The translations under genes and the position numbers were made by a program. A stretch of 64,000 bases of DNA, taken from contig OZ193909.1 of the NCBI GenBank assembly GCA_964276515.1, positions 6,138,001-6,202,000 of the forward strand, read 5' to 3'. Source of the stretch: Gordius albopunctatus (lineage: Eukaryota). How positions within the stretch are numbered: position 1 is the stretch's first letter; every line of letters starts with the position of its first letter. This document shows positions 19,159 to 33,151 of the stretch, one piece after another. The notes under the pieces are model-generated. The model was not told where the DNA came from. It did not search any database and was given only the letters and a program-made list of their open reading frames with translations.

Positions 19159-20049
19159 TATCTATTAAAAAATTGCGTAAAAGTACATGATTCAACTTAT
19201 GTGCAAGTAGCTCCGGTTTTTTTGAGATTCACTTATGTTGCTATCTTAAGTTAACATTAAATCAATATTGGATTCAATTTAGTTGTATAATTAATTCCAT
19301 ATTCAAAATTAAAAAGTGTTAAAATTTGAATTATCTTTATGGAAAGGCTTCAGGACTTTGAAAATGACATCATAAATTAATATATGTGTACCATACATTT
19401 GCAGCAAGTAAAAAGGTGGCTTATATCGACTTTCTTAGCATAAAAAGTTATAGATATAAGCATTCATCCTAAAAAAAATTATCAATGCCTACTAGGCATG
19501 ATTTAATAAATAGGAGAATCAAATATCTTGTAGCATACAGTTTTTAAAGAAGCTCTTGTCCTCTAAATAAAAATCAATACATGCTTACTTACCATGATTT
19601 ATTAAATTACAGAATCAAATATCTAGTTGACCAAAATTTTGTTAGTCATTATTTAAAATAAAACTACCTACGACGGGCCCAGGTCTGTCAGCAAAAAGTG
19701 TAGAACCTAAATTTTTTTAATTTTAAAGGATTTTTGGATTAAATTTTTTTTTGTCATTTAAGCGCCTCCCCCCCCCCCGCCGTCCCCCTATTTGGCTACG
19801 CCCATGTACTCCTTCATAATATTATCAAGCAAAAGTTTGCAACAGAAATCTAGGGCGTCTTTCATAAGCTACGTGCACTGCATATCTCGCCCGTTGATTG
19901 TAAAAATATACTAGGGTTACCGTCTGATTCACAACAAAGACCTTATTGAGGCCATAGGAAGTAATGGAAAGTTTTTTAAGGAACTTATTAACATTGCAAA
20001 TGGCAAAGATTCCTTCCCGATTTTGAGCCAAATATAAACATTTACTATT

Positions 20050-21370
20050 TCAGGAGTTGAAGTTAGGACACTAATGAACAAGATTCAAAAAGTAAAAGCT
20101 AATGCCCCAGATGGAATTCTTATGAAGGCATAAGTCGGATTACGAAGACACGACCATGATGAATCGCTTAAGCAAGATATTGGAAGTAGGCCGTATTCCT
20201 AATCAATGGACAGCCAGAACAGTTGTATTCTTATTTAAAGGCAAAGAGGTCCTAAGGATGTGGGAATTACATAGGTATAAAGCTAACTTGTGGCCTTTTA
20301 AAGCTTATGGAAAGGATCTTAGTAATAAGGTTGAAAAAGAGGTGGAAATATCGCGTCCCTAATACAGATTTGTTGCCACAAATCCACAATTCCAATCATC
20401 GCAAGACAAATGATGGATGAATGTGGGGGAAAACTTATATCTCGCAATTTAATATGATGTTGCTTGTTGAGAAAACAAAATATCCCTGACGCATATATAC
20501 GGCTTATGAAAAATATTTATCAAGTCTCAAAATTGTGCGTTAGGACGACATTCGGAGACTCTAAACATTTTCGGCTTGAAATAGGATTACATCAAAATTT
20601 TCTCTATGTTCCTTTTTTATTTAATGTAATTATGGGCAAGATTACAAGAGACATTTAAAAGCCATCGCCCTTGTGTACGCTATATACCTATGATATAGTA
20701 CTATGCAACGAGACAAAGTAGAAAGTATTCGAAGAAGTCGAAAAGTGGTCGATGCGCTTAATTGGAAACGGTATAAAGTCAAAGATCGAAGAACGGGATA
20801 CATGGAAATGAACGCTACAAGCATCTTATCTCCAAAGTAGACAGGTTTACATACCTCGACTCGATGCTATATAAAGAGGTGGTTGCGCAACAGAAGTCAA
20901 TGACCGGATTCAAAAAGGACGAATTAAAAGGCGAAGTATAAACGGTGTGATATGTAAAAAATGCCAATATGGTTGACGAGCCAAACTTACCAATCCATCG
21001 TAAGGCCGGCGTCACTCGTAATGAAGCATGGACATATCACGGAAGAAAAGATATTACAAGCCACGGAGATGAGGATACGTTGGAGCTTGGAGTATACTAA
21101 GCTCGACCAAAAGACGAATGAATTTCTTAGGGTAAAAATGGGCATTTAACCTATAGTTGACTTGTTTAGCGAAAATTGGCTGAGGTTGTATGGGAATAAA
21201 CTAAGAGGGACGAATGATGAAAAGCGAAAAGTACTGGACATGGAGACACCGGGTAAGAGGACAACCTCGTGTCACGTGGAAAGGGCAAGTGGACAAAGAT
21301 ATGAAAACCAAAAATGATAATTTTGATCCTGGCCCTAACCCAATCAAGATATGAGAACTTATAAAAAAAA
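20050..21370 (+). mobile_element. Degenerate RTE-clade LINE fragment (RT to 3' end)
   Basis: Frameshifted peptides [24 protein letters not shown] and LQATEMR..WSLEYTKLD match the copy at 59.4-62.4 kb. Confidence 0.88.
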
Positions 21371-23239
21371 CCTCACGACTCAAGCTCGTTGCAAATCTCT
21401 AATATAATCTTTCTAAAAATACTATATTAATAAATAATCATTTGTTGACTAATAGTAGTAGTAGAGTAGATAAACAACAAAACGCACTTAATTCTTAGTG
21501 TTGAAGAGAAGGGAGGGCGCCCTCAAGTCTGGTGTAATTTGTCAATGTAAAAGATAGGGATAATTAATTTTGTATATAATTTAAAAAGTAAAAGTGCTAG
21601 GATAAAAAAAATTTGTAAATACATTCCTCTCCCCTATATCTACGAATTAAATCTATTAAACAAAATTTTTAACGACTAATTTGCGAGTTATTGACGTTTG
21701 AAAAACGCTAAAATCGCGTTTTTGGCAACTTTGATGGCGAATATTTAAAAAACTTGACGTATAGGGAAAAAATTAAAAACATATTTGTGTTCACAGTAAA
21801 AAACTCTACCAGAATCTGCAAACAGTTCGCAGGTTAATTTTTCTTGTTGAACCGTGTAATTAAACGATTTTTATTTAAAAATTATAAAAATCAAATAATA
21901 TATTTGTTTTCGTTTAGTATATAATAGCGATGGCTTTGTAAGAGAAAAGGTGAGGCATTGCCCACTAGTGCTATAATGAAAATAACGTTTGTAAGATTTG
22001 AGTCAATAATTTACACGTTATAAAAACTTTGATACAACAGCTTCTTATTTTTACATTTAACCCTCCAGAGTATTTATGAAAGTTTTAATCCTGGGTAGAC
22101 TTATGGGGCATATTAAACTTATTCTTAAAATGATCATAACTTTAACACCAATATAGGAACACTTGCCAACTTTTCCATATAAGCTTCTTAAAGCCTCTTA
22201 TAGGTTTATAGATGATAGTTTAAAAAATTGGATGCAATTTACTAAACTCAAAGAATATTTATAAAAAATCAAAAGCTATGTTTTATTTTTATCAAGGATA
22301 CCATACTGTTAATAAAAATTTTTAAAAAAGCAAATGTTTTTTATTAAAGAATGTTTGGAAAATATAAAAAAAAACATGCAATTACAATAAAATGATTATA
22401 CATAAAAAATAGAAATATTTAAAAACTGGTCATTTTTTAGGCTTGTCACTAACTTTAAAAGGACTCTCTGGCTGAAAGCCTCATATAAATCTCAGTTATA
22501 TGTATAAAAAGTTTTTGCAACCACAAGATAAATCGAGGCTTAACTAAGATTTAAAATTAAATTCACAACAATTATTATTTTACCTATCCTTAAATTCTCA
22601 CTTTCATAAGGTCCTGTTGTAAATTTGCATTTTTTATAATATAAATTATCATATTCATGAATACTTTTAAATTTACATTTTACACATCTAAAAAATGAGC
22701 TTAAAATTTGATTTGCGGAAATAAATTTTAAGAGTATTTTGAATTTCATTATGAATTTGATAACAAATGAAAAATATGAATCACTACTCAAACAAAAACG
22801 CAACTGTTTAATTTCAATAAAATAATTTAAATTTATGTTTAAATTTGCTAATAAGTGCTTAAGCTAGGTTCAATTAGAGACGGGGGGCAAAACAATTTTT
22901 TTTTAATTATTAAGGGTGTTTGTATTCTTGGTTACCTGGGCTTTATATTTTGGTAGTTTAAATTAGTGGTTACAATATTAACCCCAAATTCTTCCTTATT
23001 TTTAAAGTCTTGTGGCCCAAGGGATCCCGCTTGACCAAGGAATATTACGAAAAATAATAATATAAAATATGAATTTAACTATAAAAAAAGATATTTTTTA
23101 AAATACTGACTTTATGCTTTAATGTTGATCAAATACATTATGGACCAAAAGCTGACATAGTATTCATGGTTTAATAACATAGCATTTGTAAATCATCATA
23201 TAATTTAAGTTTAACAATTGATTTTTAAATTGAAACGCA

Positions 23240-25186
23240 TCAAGGATTGTACCAATCGAGAAAAAGTAGGGAAAATGTAAGTACGATTAAAATGAATAGA
23301 ATCCACACCCGAAATCCGGCTTTGTGCTGAAGGGCCTACAATTATTAATAATAATAATAATTTTTATTATTTCTTTTAATAATTAAAATAATCAATAAAA
23401 CGTATTGAAGTAGTTTTCTGGAGGGAACTTTAATAAAAACAAAATAAGTAGAAGAGCTATACCTCGAGTAATTCAACGTTGGCTTGTTTAATATTTTCAG
23501 TAGTGTTAATGGTATTTTGGGCAACATTATCAACATTCTCCTCCTAAAAATAGGACAATATTTGAATTTATAGTAAAAATCATAAAATTTGCAAAAATAA
23601 TATTTGTTACAATACTTGTGTCATAAGGTTTTCAGTCAATATATCCTGTAACCTTGAAATTTCAACCATTTTTGTCTCAATAGATCTAAATGCATCGAAT
23701 GGAAATGTATAAAATAGTAGAAGATATTATTACTGAATTTCATCTAGAGAAGAAGTGAATTCTTGATACATCCTATCATTCTCCTCCTCAAACTAAAATA
23801 ACATTCATAAAATTATTATAGCAAATTTTTGGATTATAATGTTTAAGTTAAACCTAGAATATAACCTCTTGAATTTCTTCCTTAGTAAAATCTGCCTCAT
23901 TCGTTTTTTCAGGATAATTCTCAAAGTCACCAGAAATGTTTGAAAAAGAACCTGGTTTTTGTTCCTCATCTAAACAATCATTTTTAAAGTCCTCTGTAGA
24001 GTATTTGGAATGTGAGTGTCTATGACGTACACCATTTTGTACTTTAGAATGATCTATTTTTTGTTAAAACAACCTAATTATTTTGAATTTCAAAAATTAA
24101 CAATAGTTTATAAAATAGGCTAATAAATTTTTTTATAAATAAAATTCAATATATTATTAAAAAATACTAATATTTTTAATATCATATAGGTTCAATTTGA
24201 ATCCATTGATTGTATAATGCAATATACATTGCTCACCATAATTGCCTGATGAATATCCTAAATGCTTTCTGTGTAAACGCGATCTAATAAAATAAAATAT
24301 TCAAATGTTGCTATAAATTGGATGGAAATTTTGTATTACATGTCCATATGTTCCATTACTCTTTGTGCTCTCAAAGTGCGCTCTTGCACAAATGATTGAC
24401 ATACATCTATAAAAAAAAACATTTTTGTAAGTATAATACATTATTGTTAGTTTATGTATATTTATAAATTTTTGTAACTTAACATTCATGCAACCCCATT
24501 TTAACATATCATGGGTCAAACAATATAAAAAGCACAATTTATGGGCACACTCTTAGTAAAACCTTTGATTTATTATTAATCTTAGTTAACTTTATAAACT
24601 AATCATCCAACAATCAAAAGAATGATATTAAAAAAACTCTTACTAAGATTCTCATAAACTGATAGAACTCCTTTTATTTTTTTGTTTACTTTTTAAAAAG
24701 GCTAGCATTGATTCACAGACAATTTCTCTATGTTGAGTCTGTTGAAGAGACAGATTTTCACTTAATATGTCTTATAAATAAATACATACTTTTACAAAAC
24801 TTACAATTTTGCTTAAGTTTGGATAATTTGTCAAATGAAGAATTAATAAAGTGATTTACCAATGAATCTATATCATTTTCTTTAGTTTCATTATCAATGA
24901 AGCTCTTTAGTTGCCTTTGTATAATAAAATTAATTAATATTAGTTAAAAAATAGTCATTTATGTTACCTAACATCTTTATTTTGGTCACTGCAGGCAATT
25001 ATCATATCTTTCAATTTATTAATTGCTCCTAAATAGATTAATAATGTTAAGACAAATTATACCTATGATTTCTTGGGATTCTTTAGAAAAGGCGGTACTT
25101 GCAGGCAAATAATTTTGTTTGACGCTTACCGATGGGAATTTGGTTGAAACCAATGCCTTAAAAGTTGATGTTATATCCTTTCCCAT
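23240..25186 (-). CDS. STX18: Syntaxin-18, 11 exons: 25186-25063, 25028-24968, 24914-24805, 24770-24690, 24406-24340, 24283-24237, 24053-23866, 23792-23734, 23685-23616, 23543-23463, 23335-23240
   Basis: N-terminus [18 protein letters not shown] region [35 protein letters not shown] and tail anchor [26 protein letters not shown]; all junctions GT-AG and in phase. Confidence 0.93.
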
Positions 25187-25599
25187 ATGATAATTCTGAT
25201 GCTCAGCATTTAGATACAGGCATTTAAGCCTTCGTGCATTTTAACAACGCAATTATCAACTTTGACATGCTTTTAAAGCTTTATGTCACACCTCGACGGT
25301 GTCTTTGCCAGTTTCGTATTTGATTATTTCTAAATAAATGGTTCTTAAAGGTGGGTTTCATATTTTTACCAAAAGAAACTTGTCACGGGTTGCAAACGAA
25401 ATCTACTAGGAGAGGAATAAAAAAAATTCAAACGGACTGACCAATTTTGTGGAGGAGTTATTTTTTAATTATGAAATACATATAGAGGGAAGGACTCTTC
25501 TGCTATAAATTAAGAGCTCTATATTGCGTTTAAAATTAAAGGTGCGCGCACCTTAACATCTCTGAGCAGGATGCTAACAATATGCGGAATAACATAGCT

Positions 25600-27520
25600 A
25601 AAGATACTATAAGTAGCGAAATGTGTTCTAAGAAAAGGCGAGCCAGGTATACAAAAACAAAGAGATGTGGTGGTGGAACGAAGACGTACAATGTCTAGTC
25701 AATTTGAAAAGAGAGCTTTACAAATTATGGTCAGGAAGCAGATGAAAAAACAATATTGGCATATTTGACAGCTAAAAATGAGGCAAAACGTGTTGTGTCC
25801 GAGGTTAAAGCAGATGATTGCGAGAATTTGAACCCCAAGTTAACCATCAAAGAAGGGGAAAGAATGCTCTAAAAAATCCTAAAGACCAAGGGCAAGGAAC
25901 TTAAAGGATGTGGTAATTAAAAAAGAGCAAAGAAAGCATAATTCTAACTCTGAACCATTAAATCATAGATCGTTAGGAGGAATTCTATAAATAATTATCG
26001 GACCATAAGCAAGAACTATGAATATGACTCAGAGTTAAGAGTGACAAAAGAAGAAGTTGACCAGTTGCTTAAAAATATGACTATGGGTAGAGCGGTGGGA
26101 CCTGATAATATACATATAGAAGATTTCAAAATGCAAGCACTCGTAAGTGTATATTTACTTGCAAAGCTGTTTAACAAAATACTTGCAAGTAGTATGCCGG
26201 ATCAGGCGCCTAGCCAGGATTTTCTTAAGGGGGGGGGAGGGGTAAGTTGCCAAATAAATTTTAAAAGATTTTATTTGCTCTTAAATATAAATAAGTCGGG
26301 ACCGCTGCCGAGCCCTTTCGGCCTAGGGGCCTGACAGACAACCATCGCAAATTTAGATTTTCAAATGGGCCTGGGCGATGAATGATAAAGGTGTTAATCC
26401 CGTGTATAGAGTGTGGAACGTTATAATAAATAGTCAGTTAATTTTTCTTTGCCCTGCAATTGACATTTTGAGATTTCACCTGAATTAGGAGCATGATTTG
26501 TTAATAATGTAAAATCATTCCATAGATGTCTTGAAATCTTGATTTGAATAAGTTTTAACCTTTTGACTATTGAAAAACTACGAGCATTAATGCATGAGAT
26601 GTTGGGAAGAAAAAAAGTGTGGTTAAAGCTTTTTTCCGAAAATTTAATTTAAAAATTAAAGGTATATATATAAGCTTTTAAGGTATTTAGTCTTGGTCTT
26701 TTATCCGACTACAAATACTTTTAATCATTTTAAAATTTTATTCAAATCAAAATAAGATTTTAATTTGCCAAGGGGGCGGGGCTTTATTAAGACAATGATC
26801 TAAATCATTGTTTATGGCTATAGGTGAGACGTTTTCATCTACATCATAAGACATATTCAGGGTATCATCTAGAGATATTGGATGAAAACCAGCAAAGTGC
26901 ATTCCTTACTTTAGACGATTAGCAATTTACAAGCGTGGATTCCTTAAAATATTTAGGATCAACACTTCAATCGGATGTTGGAATGGATAAAGAAATCCAA
27001 GCCTGGATAAATTCCGGATGGCTCAGGTGGAGGGACTTTACAAATGTTCTTTGTGACAAAAACATCCCGAGAAGACTAAAAGGCGCACTGTATAAATCCA
27101 TCATACAGCCAACAGTCCTGTATAGCTCGGAATCATGGGGTATACGTAAAAGAGAAGAGCAACGTCTTGCGGCCATGGAGATGAGAATGCTAAGATGGGT
27201 GCTAGGAGTAAGCAAAAAAGACCACAGGCGAAATGAAGAAATAATAAGAATCTTGGGTACTAAATCAATTGCCACAAAGCTCCTAACAAATAGACTAAGA
27301 TGGTATGACCATGTCGAAAGAAGGGAAGATAGCTACGTAGGAAAGAAAATCGAGATGATAAATTTGGCAGGAAAACGAAGGAGAGGAAGACCCAGCATAC
27401 CTGGATTCATAAAATACGGCATGATATGAAAGTCCACAAGATAAAGAAAGATCTATGTAAACGAATGCTGAAAGGACTGACCACCAGCCTAGGTGACAAG
27501 CAGTCATAGAAAGAAGAAGA
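25600..27520 (+). mobile_element. Degenerate RTE LINE interrupted by other DNA at about 26203-26900
   Basis: MWWWNEDV, GRAVGPDNI, KYLGS..CDK..YKSIIQP..YSSESW..RLRWYDHV..RRRGRP; ends in gaaagaagaaga. Confidence 0.88.
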
Positions 27521-29295
27521 TATTTTGTCTATATATGCTCAAGTAACAACTTAAAAAATTAACCATAATATTTATAACAATTGAAATAATTATGAAATTA
27601 ATTACTTGGGTAACATAATCCCTTAGTTATAGCTACTAATTAGATATGTTTTAAGAACATAAAATATTATTGTTAAGATTAAATTAAAATTTTGAAGATT
27701 ATTTAATTAAATCGCCTTATATCATAAATATGTTTGGTAATGTTAATTTGTACCAAACATTTTTTTAACAATTATTATTATGTAGAATGATATCTTAGAA
27801 ATGTTAATTTGCACCAATCGCTTAAATCAAATAGTTTATATATTTAAATTCATATTACTTATTAATAAAAATTTTTTGAGTATTTTGCATCAAATACATT
27901 TTTTAGAATAACTATTATTTCTAATCAAAAATTATATCTAAGAGAAATATACTTGCAAAGATTTGTTTGCAGCAAATATTGCTTTTAAATTTGAGAAAAT
28001 CTAAATTGCCTATAATAATAAAACTTTAAGACTAAACTATACATAAATGTTTAAAAATAGTACAACGCAGCTTAATTTTACTAAAACAATCAATTGCGAT
28101 TTTAATCGCAAAATTCAACCTTAAATCCTTTTTGGATTCTTGTCCTTCTTTGAAAGAGGAAGATGAAGATATACTAGCTATTTAAAGGTCTTATTTAATT
28201 TTTTTTTAATATACTAAATTTGTATTACATTTTACCGTATTATAATTAGCCATATCTTAATAAACCTTTTATGAAAAAAAATATATAGTAGCATGAAATT
28301 AGGCACCTAGTCAGGGGGGGGGAAGCGGGAATTCCCCCTTCCGCCCCCTCCCCCCTTGGCCCAAATTTGAATTTTTTTTTGATTAATAACTAAATTAAAT
28401 GGGTTAAAATATTATAGTTTAGTGGCATAAAAGACTTTAAAACTCTTATAAAAAACTGGGAACATAATATATACATTTAATTTTTAAATTAATTTTTGAC
28501 AAAATGCATTGTAAAATTTCAGAATATGATTGTAGAAATTGCTATATTGCTTGAACATTTATTTTCTGTGAAAACACCAGACCGCCCCAGAAAGTGGCTA
28601 ACTAAGCGATTATGTTAAATATAGTAATTAATTTATTATATATCTCAATTGTTATAATTATTATGGTTGATTTTTAAAGTTATTACATGAGCATAAATAG
28701 ACAAAACATACACACGTCCAAACCCAATTAAGCGATGAATATCAAAATAAATATTATTTATGGTTTTCTATCCTGAGGGGGAAGGGGTGAGGGTGTTGTT
28801 TCGATCTCGTCTCGTCTTGGTCTCGAAAACAAAATCTCGTCTCGTCTCCACTTTTTTAAAAAAATATATAGTGAATAAAAATTTCTCCTATTTTATTAAA
28901 AATATTAAAAAAGTGTTAAAAAATCCAAATGGCAAATTTTTATATTTTTTAAAAAACTTTAATACACAAACTTTTTAAAGATTTAGCGGGACATGACATC
29001 TCATTGACAATATAAAGATATAAATTAATTCATAAAGATAACATTTTATATGGAAAGTGCAGACTAAAAGACTATAAATAAATTTGAAGTATAGAAAATT
29101 AAATGTGAATGTTCTAGCAAATTATAACATTTGTATCAAATTCACTTTTTTGTCAACTATAAATAGACTTAATAATACGTTCGCTTATAGTTGACTTAGT
29201 TACATAATTGAGCAAATTGAGACCCTTGGTTGACTAAGTCTATTGTTATCATCATCAATTATATGCCATAGTGTTATATGCCATAGTGTTTATTG

Positions 29296-29498
29296 TAGAG
29301 TTGTTAAATTGCTAACTTTCTTCAACTCCAGCCACCATCTGCTCGAGTTTCTGCTCGGCCCTCGAGCATTTTTATATGCTACTGCTCTGCCTAGTGCACC
29401 GAACATCGAGCACATATTGTGCTAACGAGCATATTAAGCAACCCAGTATGCGTGCTCTCGTCTGGAGTTTGAAGAAAGTTAGCAATTTAACAACTCTA
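29296..29498. mobile_element. hAT MITE with long TIRs
   Basis: TIR of about 36 bp tagagttgttaaattgctaactttcttcaactccag; perfect 8-bp TSD gtttattg. Confidence 0.92.
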
Positions 29499-29517
29499 GT
29501 TTATTGCATGTTTACTA

Positions 29518-30984
29518 TCTTCTTCTATATATATAAAAATCTAAGTCCCTTTTTTTTGAACGCTAATAACTTTTAGAGTTCTCAACCGATTGCCACCAAA
29601 TTTGGCCAGATTATTGCCTTAGCATTGTAGAAGGTTTATAGATACTTTTTATCAACCTGCGACAACGGGAACCCTGTTTTTTGGTAGTCTATACTGCCAT
29701 CTAGCTGATTATTTATACCACGTTTTTTATACTTATTTATCGTTATGGTGCTACTTTTTACCTTAAGTTTTTTTCCACATATTCTTTGTCATTTGTGTCT
29801 CGTTTTCTTTACAATATATAAATTTGTAACAAATAAATATTCTAGATACCGTAATACATCACCATATACTTAAATAAATATAACGCGCGCTTTTAGAAAC
29901 ATACCCACGTTTCGTGATTTTTTTCCATTTTTACGAAGTTTTTTTATATTACAACTTTCCCTATTTTCTTAATTTCTAAGGCTTGGAGGCCAAAGGTTGT
30001 TAGGGTGGTTGTTGCAATGGAACCAAAAATTATAGTATTGTTAATTTCAGAGTAATTGAAAATTTCCGAATGGACAGGGGATATTTGTTGTGATAAGATG
30101 AGGCGAATACGTCAGTACATCTATAGTCCCATGCTAAAATGAGTCCTTTTTCCCAAGCGCCTATAGATTGGCCAACGGGTTGTTTGCTATCTTCACAGAG
30201 GCCTGTGAGTTCAAGAATAGAGGAGATATTATAAGTTTGTTAACCGCGGTATGTCAAAGATACCGGGCTTTGTTGCTATTACAGTGTAGACCATGATGGC
30301 CATTCGATTTTAGGGAATTATTGCAAAGTTAAGAAATTTTTTCAGCAACTATTTTGTCCTAATCTTAGGCTTCGGATATCGTTGTTCGATAATAGTAGAC
30401 CGAGGTTACGACTTGGGAAAGCTTCGGGTCATTCATGACCTGAGCGTGGAGCTAAGCCCCTAAGCGCTGGAAGTTCCTCTGCCTAAGCGCCATTAATAAG
30501 AGACTTTCATTCCAACACTTTTGAGTGTTTACCCAGGGGTTTGATAGATTGTAAACGACTTCATTAAACCAAATTTTAAGGTGTTTTTCTACTATCTCTT
30601 CATTTTATTACTGTAGATTTTAGGCTATGACGATACACAACTAACTATACACGCATTACTAAAATTTATCTCTGAATTGTCAAACATTATCATCATTGTC
30701 CAACATTATCATTGACTTTTGTATATGTCATTCAACTATGCATGTTATCGCTAAACATCGCTACCTAATAATATTTAAAACTGTTATAAATCTATTTGAT
30801 TAATAATAAATATGGCTTTTTTATTAAGCTAATATTTATTTGCATAATATAAAAATATATTTTTTAACAACACAAACTCTCTTTCAGCTGACCCAAATTC
30901 TTTCATATATTTTCTATTGATAGGTACCAATTATTTAGCCAAATAAGTTCTAAGCCAAAGCAACGCTTGGCCGGGCACAGCTAG
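29518..30984 (+). mobile_element. Non-autonomous Helitron
   Basis: 5' A|TCTTCTTCTATATATATAAA; 3' hairpin GCCAAAG-caacg-CTTGGC followed by CTAG|T; no TSD. Confidence 0.78.
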
Positions 30985-32131
30985 TAGAGTTATAAAACAT
31001 AAAGTGCGAGTGACTTTTAATGATAATATTATTATTTACAGAATGGATAACTAGATGCACAGAAAACGTTGTAAAAATAGCAACAAAAGCAGCATTTTTA
31101 TAGGATTAATAAGATATGGTTTTAAACTTTAAATTGCACGTATTTAAATTTATGACAGAAATCATTATAATCAAATTTATATTCCAAATAATTACCTTCC
31201 AATTCCAACTAACTTTGCCATTAAATAGTTATTTATCGAATACAGTATAGATTCGTGTATTTATTTTATATTGCACAATTATGGAAATATAATAAATTCA
31301 AATGCACCTGCCAACCCAGCGTATAATTTGAAAAGTAATGCATATGACAAAACTATGTATTCACATAATGTCTTATTAAAATTCAAAAATTTGGGAGGTA
31401 TACTATTAGTTGAAGCATAAAAATCTTTAAAAAATCCATGATTTTTTGAAATCGTTAGGCGGGTGCTCAAAAATCTAGACCCACTTATTCAAACTGATTG
31501 ACTACCAATTTATAATTAACGCATTATGCGGGACAGGATGAGTAACTGCAAAATATAAATATGCTTTAGTAATATTTACTATTCCATCAGAACTCATTCT
31601 AAGCCTAAAATTTCTTTAATACTTAATAGTGATATGGATACAAATAGGTGATAAAGATATTATAAAATTATTAACATACCCTATGGGTGAACCTTATTTA
31701 GGTAAATGATTGCCAAAATTTAAATTTTTTGCAAAAATATATTATATTTACTACACTTAGGAATTTTTTTATATCAAATATATTCTATACATATTGATTT
31801 ACACTTAATACCTTAAATGTAAATCATGCAAATTAAAATACACAATAATCTACTAAAATCTAACGATCAATAAAAAGTCGAGATCTCGCCGAAAAAATCT
31901 CGTCTCGTCTCGACATCAAAATTCTCGAAAATTTTTAATTGCAACTGCTTTAAACTAATACTCTTATTGGAAAAGTTTATTGCATAATAATCATAAGATA
32001 TCAAAATTCATTTTTTGCCATATGTCAAGTTAGATTTATTTTTATTAATATATGCCCTTTAAAAAAAATCTAAAACTTGAAATAAAAATCAACCGTAAAA
32101 ATTATTTATCGATAAAAAAATATAAAAAATT

Positions 32132-32203
32132 TAGCAGAGAGTAGTTTCGATCTACCGACCTCTGGGTTATGGGCCCAGCACGCTTCCACTGCGCCACTCT
32201 GCT
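32132..32203 (-). tRNA. tRNA-iMet: Initiator tRNA-Met (CAT)
   Basis: AGCAGAGTGGCGCAGTGGAAGCGTGCTGGGCCCATAACCCAGAGGTCGGTAGATCGAAACTACTCTCTGCTA: A1-U72 pair, GGG/CCC anticodon stem, GATCGAAA T-loop, T-run downstream. Confidence 0.97.
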
Positions 32204-33151
32204 TGTCTTGAAAAGCAATTTATAGAATATATAAATGACATGATATTAAAAAATGAATGTTGGTAATATTATGGTTATTTCTTTCTCTAAAATGCTTTCA
32301 TTATTTAAATCTTCATTAAAATAAATATTTACTAGAAAAAAATAGTCGAACATGGTATTTAAAATCAATATTGAAAACAGTGAAACAAGCTCCAATTTTC
32401 GTTTAAGATTTATCGATAAGTTTTATTGGCTTAACGAGAAGGCAATGGGTACGGTAGAGCCCTGCAAAGTCACTTTTTTCAACCCGAACCCGACCCGTCC
32501 CGAAAGCTTTTTAATCCAAACCCGACCCGACCCGAGAGAAAAAAAAGTTAATATTGTAAAATTAATTTTAATGGATTTAAATGGCAACAAATTATTATCT
32601 CCCAAAAATGGACCAAACGCTATATGTCTATCATTTCCGGGTCACATGCTAAAAAAGATAAGTTATATATATAAAATCAATTTAGTCTCTAATTAAAATT
32701 GCCTATAAATGGCCCATAGAGTAGAGTTCTGTATTATCCGGCAATTTTGATTTTAAGTCCAATAAGGGTTGTGGCAATATTGTGCGAAAATGAAAGGAGA
32801 AAATTTGATTATCATTTCAAAAACTCTTATTTTTTAAATCATGTTTGTAAAATATGATAAATTAATTTTATTCTAGTGTATAAACTAGGCGATAATACAA
32901 GTTGAGACATTTAAAAAAAGTAAAATGGGAATTAAGAAAATCATAAGTTTTGTGATATCAATTACATGTTCATTATAGTTTAGCATCCATCAAGATATTT
33001 TACTTTTCTGAATTTAAAAATACGCAGTTCGAAAATTCAGATATAACATAAAAAAATTAATTTAAATGAATGTATGAGATAAATTAATCATACATTTCGA
33101 TATTAATTAAAAAATACTATATAAAATAGCATTAATTAAGAAGATATGTCT

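Noticed and set aside
31279..31700. Short minus-strand ORF with splice-like signals
   Set aside because: No recognisable motif and no consistent exon chain could be built.
32132..32203. tRNA-iMet as primer for the nearby LTR elements
   Set aside because: Their PBS-like sites begin TGGCGC, not TGGTAGCAGAG as required for the iMet 3' end.
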